64,000 bases of DNA, taken from positions 12,462,001 to 12,526,000 of the forward strand of contig OU015567.1 in assembly GCA_907165135.1 (NCBI GenBank), in the 5' to 3' direction. A model generated the notes under the pieces. It saw nothing but the letters and a program-made list of their open reading frames with translations, was not told the origin of the DNA and searched no databases. Source of the stretch: Oikopleura dioica (Eukaryota > Animalia > Chordata). The translations under genes and the position numbers were made by a program. Shown piece by piece: positions 50,783 through 64,000 of this stretch; the first letter of the stretch is position 1, and the number at the start of each line of letters is the position of its first letter.

Positions 50783-51174
50783 GATAGATTTCGTTACTGT
50801 AAATAAATATTCCCCCATCGATTAGTGGCTGAACGCGTTCTTCTTTATATGGTTTGTTTTGACTCATTAACACGGACCAAATTGTCAGCCAGGGACCGGT
50901 GAAGTCTAACTGAGTTGGTAAAGTTTTTCATCATCGCCTAAGAATTTGATGCAAAAATAATTTTCCCACGATAAAACGAATATTTAGCTTATGGTTTCTT
51001 GAGTTTTTTTACTTGCGGACAAAGTTTTGGTAGACATACCACTAGAAAAATATTATAGCATACAATAAATAAGATACACTGTATTTTTTCACAAGAAACT
51101 TCTCAAGTTGATGCTGAAGATTGAATGATGATGAATTTATTGTGGAACTGAGACAACTGTTTAGTTGAAGGCCT

Positions 51175-53548
51175 TTAGAAAAGGTAATGGGCATTGTTGA
51201 AAGGATCAAATGGATAAGGGCAGTATCCGAAATTAGGATTGACGTTTGGATTCTGAATGGCTGGCTGAGCAGGGAGACCCCGGGCGAGCATTTTGCAGCG
51301 CCACTCGTTCAATCGCCATCGCGCTGGGCCGGGCTGGTTCACTGACTTGTCGCTCCAAAGCCGCTCGGCTAACAAAACCCTTAGAATCGGAAGAGATTGA
51401 GGACAACTTACCGACAGCGCTAGCGCGGGGCCAGATTCGCTGAAGAATGTTTGTTCCGTCGACGAATTCGCCCCACATCGCCGCTGAACCGCCCATGACA
51501 AGTTTGTTCTGCTCAGCGGTGCCGTTGAAGTCAGTTGGTTCGATAACGTAGTAGCCTTCCCAATCAACGCCGTATGAGATGATATTGAGATACCAAGGGG
51601 AGGCGAGAATGGCTTTGTGGCCAGATTTCGTGACCGCATTCATGGTGTCCTTCCATGTTCCAGATCTTCCCTTCCAAACTTCAACGACGGTTTCATTTGA
51701 GATTTTCACTCCATTGACGAATACTTCTTCCCAAACAACGTAGTTTTTCTTCAAGTCGTGTGCGATGTCGACCATTCCTACCGAAATAAATCATTAGAAT
51801 TTGAAATTTTTCTCTATTTTAATACCTTGAACCCAAAGTTGTTCAAGTTGCGCGTACGTAGTCAAATTATTCTTCGCCATATACGCAGTTATATCTGCGT
51901 TAGACTTCCAGCAGCCAAATGGAACTTCATCGCCGCCGAGATGCAGGTAGCTATCGCGAAAGACTTCGTTGACTTCTGTGAATAGTTTTCGCATGAGATC
52001 GTAGTTTTCTTGGTAGATGGGGTTGATTGGCCCGTGGCTTCCGTCGGGCTCGCCATTGTGGTAGCAAGGAGTCAAGAATTTCGGGCCACCGCCGGGTCCC
52101 CAAGCGTCGGTATGACCGGGAGTGTCGAACTCTGGAACAACTCGGACGCCTAGAAGATGATTTACGGGTTGCTTCTCGCTGATAGAATTTACCTCTTAGG
52201 CGGGCGAATTCGATGATGTCTTTGATTTCGTGAATGGTGTAGACATGGAGTGGTGTGTAAGATCCAAGGAAGCTGAGTTCCGGCAACACTTGCGATTCAT
52301 AAGGGAAGCTTTGCAGGTCGACAATATGCCAGTGAAGAATATTCATCTTATTCCAAGACAGGGGTGTGCATTCGGCCCGAAATCGGGTGTCGGGCTGACC
52401 GAGGGCCGAGCCGAAACGAAAAAATCAGTGTTGGGCCGGCCGAAAGCCGAGCCGAGCCGAGGTGCCCGAAGTGCCCGAATCGGCTTCGGCTCAACTTTCG
52501 GCTCGGGCAATTTGGGCAAATTTTCGGGCATTTCGGGCAATGATTTTCGGAAAATTAATATTAATCTGAGCTCAAAAAACAACCGATTTTGAGGAAAATC
52601 GGCCAAATCAGTCGAAGAATCAAGCACAGATCTCTGTAAAATTCTTTCTTACTCTCTAACTTTGGCCGGGTGCCCGGTTGCCCGAAGATTGGGCCGAATT
52701 GCCCGAATGCCCGAGCCTGCCCGAGAGAATTTCAGGTCACCGGCCGACCGAGAGCCGAGCCGAACCTGATTTGCCCGAAAAATTTGTCGGGCAGCCGAAT
52801 GCCCGAGAGCCGAATGCACACCCCTGTTCCAAGAAAGAGCGCTAGAAAATGCGAGTTATTGCCAAATATATATTCTAGGACTCACGTGATCTGAGCTTTG
52901 ATGACGGAAATAGGAAGATAATGTCGGGAAGTGTCAATTAAAAATCCTCTGAATGGAAATCTAGGCCAATCGGTAATCATGGTCGAATTTACACTCGGTC
53001 GGTAGTCAATATTGTGAATCATCTGCGTGAAGCTCTCCAGTCCATGAATTACTCCCCACTCGGCACTGGCTGTCAATTCAACTTTCTCGGGCGTTGGAGA
53101 GCCGACTTGAAGGGTGTACGATTCGTTCATATTTTGAGAAGGGTAGTTTTCGCAGTTGATGATTTTGACCTCAATTGTCTCGATGATTCCAGCGGCAGAG
53201 GAGGCTGAGAACTTGAGCTTTTTGGAACTAGAACTGGCGATTTTGAAGTGGGAACGGATCAGATCTTGGTATCGCTGGAAGATGTCGGGGATAATGTCGC
53301 ATTGGGGCGACTCAGGAGTCAGAACGAACTGGATATTTGCATCTGAAAAGAAATTGAGTGATTGAATACATTCCGTTAGTGTAAGGGCTTGATTGTTTTT
53401 TAGACTCACCTAAAATTTGAAACTCTTGCGTCACCGTCATACTCTGCGGCAAAGGCCAAACCGTGCCATCGTACTGCCACGGCGGCAGAAATCTATCAGC
53501 TGCATTCGTTAGCGCATTTCCAAGAAGAAATGCGGAAAGAAATTTCAT
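51175..53548 (-). CDS. HEXB: Beta-hexosaminidase (GH20, HEXA/HEXB-like), interrupted by a MITE in a coding exon
   Basis: VWPLPQ, PRFPFRGFLIDTSRHYL, NKMNILHWHIVDLQSFPYES, PEFDTPGHT, YLHLGGDEV, ASPWYLN, MGGSAAMWGEFVDGTN..IWPRASAV. Assignment to HEXB rather than HEXA is not resolved. Confidence 0.9.
52359..52826. mobile_element. 468-bp non-autonomous hAT-type element
   Basis: 18-bp perfect TIR CAGGGGTGTGCATTCGGC / GCCGAATGCACACCCCTG; perfect 8-bp TSD TTCCAAGA (52351-52358 and 52827-52834); many subterminal GCCGA/GCCCGA repeats. Confidence 0.95.
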
Positions 53549-53723
53549 TTTTACATTCAGTTACGATTTCTCTAAAAAAAGAATTTGAGCGTATTTTCTG
53601 CCGGCGTTTCGATTTGAAAATGGGAGTAGTTCACACTTGAATGGCAAAAACAGACAAGAATCGATAAAAATTTTATGCTCTCGCGCCCTGACCTAGAAAA
53701 TTAGGGAAAATCGTTTTTGAGCT

Positions 53724-54483
53724 TTATTCTGAAAGTTTTTTCAAAAATTCCAATTCTGGCTGTTCATTCTGCTTTTCGATTTCTTCAGGGAACATCGTTC
53801 CAACTGCATCTCTCGCAAACTCGGCAAATATCGGCTCTTGCATCGCCTGGTCGAGCAAGAATCGAATATCCGTCGAGCTTCGTTCTGAAACAATCTCTCC
53901 TAGCATCGGCCGCAAGTGGGGATTGAACAAGTGCCGTTTGATCAAGTCTGTGTTCAATCGTTCCAGTCGGTGGACTTCTACTTTGTCTTGAGATATTACA
54001 GAGTCGATTTCCTGAAGAAAGGGCTGATTAGAATGTTTGAAAAGTGGAAGGGAAAAACACCTTCAATCCAGGTTTCTTGGCGGGTTTGCGCTTTCTCGGG
54101 ACACAAGTTGTTTTGTGGATCTTGTAGCATTCTACTTTACAGTAATTTGACAGGCAGGCAGGGCATCTGTACTTTGGGCTTTCTATCTTTCAAAGAGTTG
54201 AAAAAAATCGGATATTTTAATTTGAAAATGTGAGAAAAAGGTGATTTTCGCTAAAGAAGAGGATTAAAATTGATTGAATTACTCTTTCCTTGCATTCCAC
54301 GCAGATCTTCAACGGTTTGACTTCCACTTCTGTCGTTTTCACTTGCTCTGGCTTTTTGAAATTTCCATCCCTTTTTGAATTATTCTGATTTCTGCTCCCT
54401 CCACGGCCTCCTCTTCCTCGACCTCTTCCTCTTCGGTGATTTCCTCTGTGATTACTCCTTTCTCGTTCGATCTGTTCAGTCAT
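53724..54483 (-). CDS. ZNHIT3: Zinc finger HIT domain protein 3 (box C/D snoRNP assembly)
   Basis: CVECKE..CPACLSNYC..CYKIHKTTC HIT finger; LFNPHLRPML..AMQEPIFAEFA C-terminal motif; extra RGG-rich N-terminus. Confidence 0.85.
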
Positions 54484-55020
54484 TTTCTGAAAAAGTCGGG
54501 ATCAGCAGGAGAAACTCTTGAAAATTGGAGATTTGAAAAGAGAAAATCGGGCGGAACATGCGCGCTTATTGGCCAGCGGCGCTCCCGACCGAGAGATTGA
54601 GCCGCAATTTTTAATGCATTTTTTCTCAAGAGAACAATAATCAGCTGTCTTTTCTGCCACTCTTTAGGTTTTTTGAGTTGAAAAAAGTATTGAGAGATAA
54701 CGAGAAGACACGAAAAAATGAATTTAGTAGAGAATGTTATCTGGAAATCATTTTATCATGTATTAAAAGTACCTGGCTTTAGTTATGAGTCTTATTGTCT
54801 ACGATACGAAGTATGAATCAAAGTAATTTGTCTCGTAAATCTGAAAATCAATTTATTAAATATCCATTATTCTTAAAAAACAAGTTGTGGTCTTCACTAA
54901 CAGAAAGAAAAAATCAACTGTCAAACAACTTCACTTTCAATTTATTTCGATGCTTGTCCATAATTATTTCCCCGGAGGAAAATTTTTGTTTTCAGAACAA
55001 AAGTTCGAAAAGCAAGAAAA

Positions 55021-56755
55021 ATGCCGCTGGAAGAGCTGAAACGATACGCGTCACAAGTCAAAAAACTCTGCGACAAGGAAAAATATGGCGATGCCGGTCA
55101 GCTACTCAATGCGTTGAAGGAAGAAAAAATCACAAAAGAACTGCTCGAAAGCTCGAAAATCGGTCATGTCGTCAATGCACTGAGAAAGGGGGCACAAAAT
55201 GCTGGACACACGGAAATCGCTGCTCAATCGAAATGTAGATTTTGATTATATAAAAATGTATATTTATATATAAACATAAAAATTGCTCTGAAAAAGAAGT
55301 GATTCACTTCATGTATCTATATTTATGAGATTTTAAATTGATTTATTTATGTCTTAGGAGGGAAACTCTCTTATTTGCCCGCTGAAATCGAAACATAAAG
55401 AGTCAAGTGTAATAAAGATTTACAGCTACTCGCCAGAATAAATATCAATCCTCAATTGTGAATTGCCAATTTTCAATTGCGCATCGATTTTATTCTTGAA
55501 TTCAAAACAGAGACGCTTTTTGAGAAATTCCTATGCCAGGAATTTACGTTTAAGTTTTTCCTTTCTAGCTCTGATCAAACAATGGAAAGCGCAAATGGCT
55601 CAAAACGCGGACAATGGGGGAACGCCGAAAGTACAGAAGACAGAGAGCAGCTCACAGAAACGCGAAAAAGAAAAGGAAAAGCTGCCTGTCGCGAATGATT
55701 CTTCTCCAAATCTTGGCGCTTCTATTCAACCCACTTCGGATCCGAGCAGAAACAAATGCAGAGAACTTCTCCAGAAAGCCCTGATGGTTGATAAAGATAA
55801 ATACCAACCGCAGTTTGTTAGCCTAATGGCCGCTAAAATTGAAGGTATTCGACTGATCCTTAGATTCAGGGTAGAGGGGGCCTGTAAGTCCTTATTCTTG
55901 ATTTCAGAGGCAATCTTCACCTTCCACGGCTGTTCAAGCTCAGACACGAAATACCGAAACAAAATCCGCTCTCGCTACTCGAACCTCAAAGATGCCAAAA
56001 ACCCGGAGCTGCGCGACTCGGTCATGAGCGGCATCATTTCTGCCGAAAAACTAGCCAGCATGAAGCCAGAAGAAATGGCTTCAAAGCAACTTCAAGAGTT
56101 GAGGAAGAAATTCACTAAAGAAGCGATTAATGACCACCAAATGGCGCAGAATGAAGGCACAAAGACGGATATGTTTACTTGCGGAAAGGAAAGAGGTTCA
56201 AGATTCTTCTTGAATGCAGTTTTCTTTTTTGAAAATACCAGTTGGCATGAGTCGCCCAAAGAATAAATCGAAAGAGCATAAACTCCCGTAAACACGCAGT
56301 TACTGCAAGAGAGTTGGCATTTTCAGTTTGCTCAGCGCATCTGTGACATCATTACGAGTAAATATTTAGCGAGTGAAATTTCATTCCATTTCCTTTCACT
56401 TTGTAGGATCACTCGTACGAGACCATTGATAAAGTAAAAATATGATTTGATTAACATTTTTATTGAAAAAAAAAAATGGAAGAGATATAAAATGAAAAAC
56501 TTAAAGTTCGTTTTTGCGTAATCGCAAATACAGGAATATTCAATGAAACTTCTTTTTAATTCAGAAATGTTCTAAAATGAATCCGTATATCATTTATATA
56601 AAAATATCCCGCTCCACCATAAAATATCTTTAACCTCTCGAAAGTGCAAGGGCAAAGAATGCACATACACCCAGCTCCAAACCCGATCTGCCGATGAGCC
56701 GATGACGACCTTCGTTTACTGTATGAGCTGTGGTAATCGATGGAAATTCTGCTAG
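55021..56755 (+). CDS. TCEA1: Transcription elongation factor TFIIS
   Basis: [54 protein letters not shown]|[40 protein letters not shown] paralogue number not resolved. Confidence 0.95.
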
Positions 56756-57287
56756 CTCCTTTTCTTTTGTTTTCCCTATTTTTAAAATTTACATTTACAT
56801 TTTTTCCGGCCATGTTTAAATTTAGCCTGTACAGAAAGAGAAAAAACTAGAACTAAAAAGGTGCTTTTTAGCTTTTTTGAAGCATGAGCTTTCTTTTAGC
56901 TAAAAAAGAAACTGGTGAACAGAAACAGAATCTACCATATTTTCAATCTACTAGTAGTATATTTATATGAGTGAACATACAACTACATGTGAGCAAACAC
57001 GAATTCATAAATACAGAAAAATCCTCCCTGACAGTATCCCAATCTCAAAGATCTATCAACTTAAAACTTGTATCCAAAATATTTTGCGATAAGGTTATTA
57101 CGTTACTATAATTTTTACTGCCCAAATACTGTCAACTGAAAATCTACAAAGTCTTGTTACTGAAACTTACTCTCACTTTTACTTACACTCAGGATGAGTC
57201 ACTCATATATAACTTTACATTACTATTCTTCTTTTCGTAAAAATAAACCTTTGCCCGGCCAATTTATCAACCCAAAATATTCAGAAA

Positions 57288-59310
<2,023 letters not shown>

Positions 59311-59750
59311 CTGTGTTTTTTATTATAACTGCTCTCCACCACCAATTTTTCTCCAGTTCAAAAACTCCTCACAATCGCAACTCTTTTCTCCGCTCTTTTC
59401 CGCAGTCCTTCATTCCTGAAATCTCTTCATCCGCACAAGCAGCTGTCTAATTGAATATATTGCTACTTTTGTAAATATAAAAAAATACAACCGACAATCC
59501 ACTTCTTTCCAATTTCAAGCATCGTACGAGAAAAATGTGAAAAAAGTTCAAAAATCCTTGAAATTTTTATTTTTAATTCGCTCCTGAAAGAAAAACTGAT
59601 TACTCAAAGTGTAATGAAATTGTAATTCATTCTACCTCCACCAAAATATACTAGACCTACAAATAGTCACTTACGGAGCCGATTTTCTAGAACATCGGGA
59701 TTGCTCCTGTTATTACTGATAAAAGGCTCACAGTGTAAAAGGAGTGAGCG

Positions 59751-62267
59751 ATGACGCAAAAGGCTGCTGCAAATCCTCATCGCTCGGCGGTGGTCCAGAC
59801 GGAACGCAAGCATGACTATTTATACTCAAAAGGTAAGCTCTCCAGACTTATTTTTCGTAATAACAAAATTGGCTAGACTATCATGTTTCGGGGCCAAGGG
59901 ATCACAACCGCGCCATCTATCGGGCAAAGACCAATACTGATAATGTTAAGAAAATGTTCAGGTAAATCGCTTTAACTTTCATACCTTTTAATTATTTTAA
60001 ATTTAAGCCATGAAAAAATGTTCTCGGAACTTCGGCATCATCCTCGGTTTGAGACGGTGCTTGTACAAAAAGACCCAGTACCTTCGTTTATCAACAAGAA
60101 TTACCAAGACAAAGCTCAAATCGACCGCCAGGAGACGATGTTCTACGGAGCTAGGGATGTCGGAGGCGAGGACAGATACAAGTATTTCAGAAGGCCAAAT
60201 GTTCCATTCAGTCAGGTATATATCCTCTTCAAAGGCTCTTTTCTAGCGTTTTCAGGCTCCAGCAGACGTAATTCTTGAGCCACCACGCCAAGTTGTCCAT
60301 ACAAATGATTCGGTCGTCCAAAGAACTCGTACACTCGCCACACAAACCGACTACCGCGATCAAGAATCTCAAACCGAACCATACTCTCCCGACTACACGG
60401 TCGCCCCTGGTCAAAATCCCGAGATCCTCTCTCTCGCAGGGCTCAAGTACAAACGTGGCCTGCCAGCGGGCGTCGCCGAAGTGACGATGATCGAGCGTGC
60501 GCGGGATAAACGTCGCTGGGAGGAAAGTCTCCCGCCGCTCAACGACCCGTCCCAGATTCACAAGCGGCGGCTGATGATGGAGCAACGCGAAAAATTTGAA
60601 TGGCAACAGCGTGACAGAGAAATTGAAGAAATCCAAAAAGAAAAACTTGACGTATGTACTCTTTTCTAACCCGTTTCCTTTTCTTATTCCTTTTGTAGAT
60701 AATGAAACAAGAATTAAAAGCTGAATATGAAGAATTTGCCGGATTATTGGAAGAAGCACTTGAAGAGACTGCTGTCAAGCTCGCGAAAGAAGCTGAAGTA
60801 AAAATAGATAAAGTAAAGAAAGGTACTCTTCGTCTCTAAAACTCCATTTTCAATCTTTTCTTTCAGAACACGTCAAGAAGCAAAGGCGAATAAAAAAATA
60901 TGCACACATAGATACGCCATATCTAGGAGAAGATTACAAGCGAGACATCGTTAAGGATTATATTGATTATGGGTCGGAGGTGAGCTTTTTTAGCCAGCTT
61001 GAAATTTTAGTGTTGTTATAGACATATGCACCGATCGCTAGACACGGTCAAATCGGCGATAAAACGAGCAGCAAGTACCACGTGCAGAGTAAATATCTCG
61101 ACACTTATGAAGGTCTATGCGCGCTCGAAAGATCCATCGGGAAGAGTCTCACAGAAACGTACATCCGCGCTCCTGCACCAAAACAAGGACCTGGCAAGGA
61201 CGGCTTCGTTCGACGCAAGGACAGGATGGACTGGGACCTCAAAGAGTCTTACGACATCATTCAGAAGCAAAAGGCCGAACGAGAGCTCAAGCGACAGCCG
61301 CGACTGCTTGTTGAAGTTCCTCCACCAGCACCTCGACCAGTTACTCCTACTTGCGAGGCGCCAGGCGAGAACTTCCAAAAGAAACAGATCGCAGCAACTC
61401 TTCTTCAAAAACTCCTGCGAGGAATGGCTTCGCGACGAGAAACTCTCGCCGAGTTGGATAGACGACGCGATCTCATCGAAGAAGTCAGATCTACTCACAT
61501 TCTTCTCGAGTCCGAAAAGAAGGCGAAAGATGCCGAGAAGCAACGGGTCATGGATCGAAGGAAGGTCGAAAAGGACATGCGAGCAGAGCACAATGAGGTC
61601 TCAGAGATTGTCCACGGCGTTGCTGGAAAGAAAGCGCAGAGAATCTTGGACTTCTTGCAGAATGAGCTTATTCGACTTCAGGATGAGCGAAGGTAAGATT
61701 TTCGATGAAATTCTCTCCTAAGTTCTCTTATTTAGATGCCATGCATTCGCAATTCTAGCAGAGCGAAAACGACGCATCCGGGAAGCCGAGGAAGCTGGAC
61801 TTCGCCAAGAAGAAGAGCGCCGCCGCCGAGAAGAAGACGAAATCTGGCAAGAAGTCGTCAAAACTCGCCACCAGTCCGTCGACCAGTACTTGCTCAAGAT
61901 CGCTAGCGAGGCAACCAACTTGGCTGCTGCTGAGCTCGCTGAAGAGCAAATTGAAAAGATGGTCGATGTTATTGACACAAACCCTCGTGGCCTCTCGTCA
62001 CGGTGAGTCTTTATTTCTTATTCTTATAAACGATTTCACGGCATATTCTCGCCTCCAATAGAAATTCACATGCCTGAATTTTAATTTTATTCTTTTCCTA
62101 GCGACCAAGCTGCGGATATGGTTCACAACTTCTTGATTCCCGAGGTCGTCCGACGAGAGCATCTTGAAGAACCACATCGAGAACGAGAAGCTCGACTCAA
62201 GGCTGCTCGAAATCTGCTCTTCCCGATTGTCGATGGAGACGAGAAAGAGTGCCAGACCGAAGAATAA
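59751..62267 (+). CDS. CFAP91: Cilia- and flagella-associated protein 91 (MAATS1)
   Basis: TQTDYRDQESQTEPYSPDY..PEILSLAGLKYKRGLPAGVAEVTMIERARDKRRWEESLPPL; IQ-like LLQKLLRGMA; DFLQNELIRLQDERR. Confidence 0.88.
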
Positions 62268-62470
62268 TCCTCCGATTTCTTCAACTTTGTTACTATTCCT
62301 CTGAGTCCATATATTATTCAATCTCTTTATTCAAATATTTTTCTATTCAACAAATCTTTTATTTATAATAAAGAACTATATTTTTATACAAAAATTGTGT
62401 GTCGTTTACTAAAAAAAACGTGGATAAATTTGGATTTTTTCTAGCTTTTCTACTTTAATTTCGTAATAGA

Positions 62471-63412
62471 ATGGCAGCTCCACTTTCGCCTAGAAGTAAC
62501 AACACTGGAAACATAACCAAGTCTTTCCAAAAATGCTCATTATCCGGCGAACTTGTCAATTTCCAGATTTTATGTCAGTCAACGAATCTCGGCTCATTAA
62601 CCGAAAAACGATACGACAAGGGATTGAGTATCCGGGAGCTCAAGGGCAAGCTTGAATTAATAACAGGTAATCTACAGCTGAGCCGCTGGAATTTGATTTT
62701 CTGATTGCTAGGATGCTCGCCTGCTTCGATGAAGCTCTCGCTCGAATCGAGAAAGGGCGAGAAGATTTGCGACATGGACGATGATGAGCGACTTCTTGGA
62801 TCGTACCCAGTCGAGGACTGTTGCGGGATTAGGGTCATTGACCCAGAATCCTTTGACTGGTCCGACTTGAACAAGATCGAGAAACAGGAAATGGACGATG
62901 ATACCTACGATACTTTTAAGCCGACTTCAGTTAAGCCTACTGTTCGCGAATACAAGGTACATCAGTAAATCTAGTTCATACTCATTTCGTTTTCAGAGAA
63001 TTCACAAGCTGGGCATGTTTAATCCAGAAAACCAAAAGAAAGCGCTTGAAGATATGGAGGCACAGGAGAAAAAAGACAAAGAAGCAAGAGAAAAGTAGAA
63101 TTCACTGCCTTTTTCGCCTTATTAATTTTATTTTTTAGCTTCAAAGTTGGCCAGCGATGCGAAGTGACGTTGAAATCAAAGGGCAAACAACGCGGCGAGG
63201 TCAAATTTGTTGGAAACGTGTCTTTTCAGCCCAACGTCTGGATCGGAATCCAGCTCGATCTTCCGTATGGCAAAAACAACGGAACAGTCGAAGGACAGAA
63301 GTATTTTGAATGTCCGAACAATTTCGGTGTGTTTGCCAAACCTGATTCGGTAGAAGTCGGTGATTTTCCAAATGAAGAAGATGATCTCTTCTCGTCTGAA
63401 GATGAGATCTAA
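62471..63412 (+). CDS. TBCB: Tubulin-folding cofactor B
   Basis: Ubiquitin-like EKRYDKGLSIRELKGKLELITG|CSPASMKL..LLGSYPVED; CAP-Gly RGEVKFVG..WIGIQLDLPYGKNNGTVEGQKYFEC..GVFAKP; acidic tail EDEI*. Confidence 0.95.
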
Positions 63413-63519
63413 TGAACGTTTTAGTTCCTAGTTTTTTGTATTGAATAACTTTCTGTAAAACCCTCTTTTAGTATGTAAAGTTTATATCTCTATGTTCCTA
63501 GAACAAGCTTTCTGCAGTA

Positions 63520-63918
63520 CAGTTTTTTATGGAATTTTTGGACATCAAATTTTTGGACATTTTTGCAATTTTAAGGGGTTTTCTTGGGACACTTTTCAAA
63601 AGTGCCTGTATCAAATTTTTGGACATTTCCTGCGCCAAAATTTTAAATTTTCTGTTTTTTTGCCAAAGATGACGTTTTTTCTTATCAAAAATCTTACTTT
63701 TTCTTTGAGAAAGATAAGATTGAAGGTTGATCTCGTACCCCTAGATTATTTTTTTGTCTTTAGAAGGAGGATGAAACAGAGGATAATGGAGATTTCCCTC
63801 AGAAAAAATTTTTAAGCGATTTGGATGGGACATTTTTTTTGGCAGCGTGTATCAAATTTTTGGACATTTTTGCGAAAATCTTGGGACAAAAAATGTCCAA
63901 AAATTCCATAATTAACTG
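63520..63918. mobile_element. 399-bp Tc1/mariner-type MITE
   Basis: TA|CAGTTTTTTATGGAATTTTTGGACAT..ATGTCCAAAAATTCCATAATTAACTG|TA: 26-bp TIR with 2 mismatches, TA on both sides, internal repeats of TCAAATTTTTGGACATTT. Confidence 0.85.
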
Positions 63919-64000
63919 TATTCCCATTTGAAATTTTCAAACATGTCATGAAAGAAACAACATTTCCATGAAAACAAATCTTCTACCAACTTTCAAATAC

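Noticed and set aside
52230-52894. ORFs of 74-120 aa over the hAT element
   Set aside because: They come from GC-rich subterminal repeats; no transposase motif, and the element is too short to be autonomous.
56241-56320. GTTGGCAT direct repeats in the TFIIS intron, resembling an 8-bp TSD
   Set aside because: No inverted termini in the 64 bp between them; could be chance.

Overview
Gene-dense eukaryotic (animal) nuclear DNA. Introns are mostly 39-65 nt, several need GA-AG or GC-AG splice sites, and genes sit 150-550 bp apart in co-oriented runs. This points to the larvacean tunicate Oikopleura dioica or a close relative (inference, not a database result). All gene models were spliced by eye, so boundaries are approximate unless exact splice sites are given. 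Recognisable genes: CDAN1 (3' part), POFUT1, SNRPD3, RPIA, XPC, a serpin, a membrane-type MMP, two S1 serine proteases, a carbohydrate 6-O-sulfotransferase, beta-hexosaminidase, ZNHIT3, TFIIS (TCEA), a GCK-III STE20 kinase, CFAP91 and TBCB. Also present: a probable vestigial-like TEAD cofactor, a poly-Thr mucin-like gene and other secreted Cys-rich proteins, two identical convergent 5S rRNA genes, and three unrelated ~400-470 bp non-autonomous DNA transposons. Main surprises: (1) a head-to-head pair of paralogous 46/47-aa two-exon microprotein genes absent from the ORF track (7908-8481); (2) a hAT-type MITE inside a coding exon of beta-hexosaminidase that could be removed by an in-frame GT-AG splice; (3) a cluster of TEAD-type motifs at the vestigial-like gene; (4) a CBM2-like module within a run of extracellular-matrix and glycan genes. 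No CRISPR array or convincing tRNA was seen.
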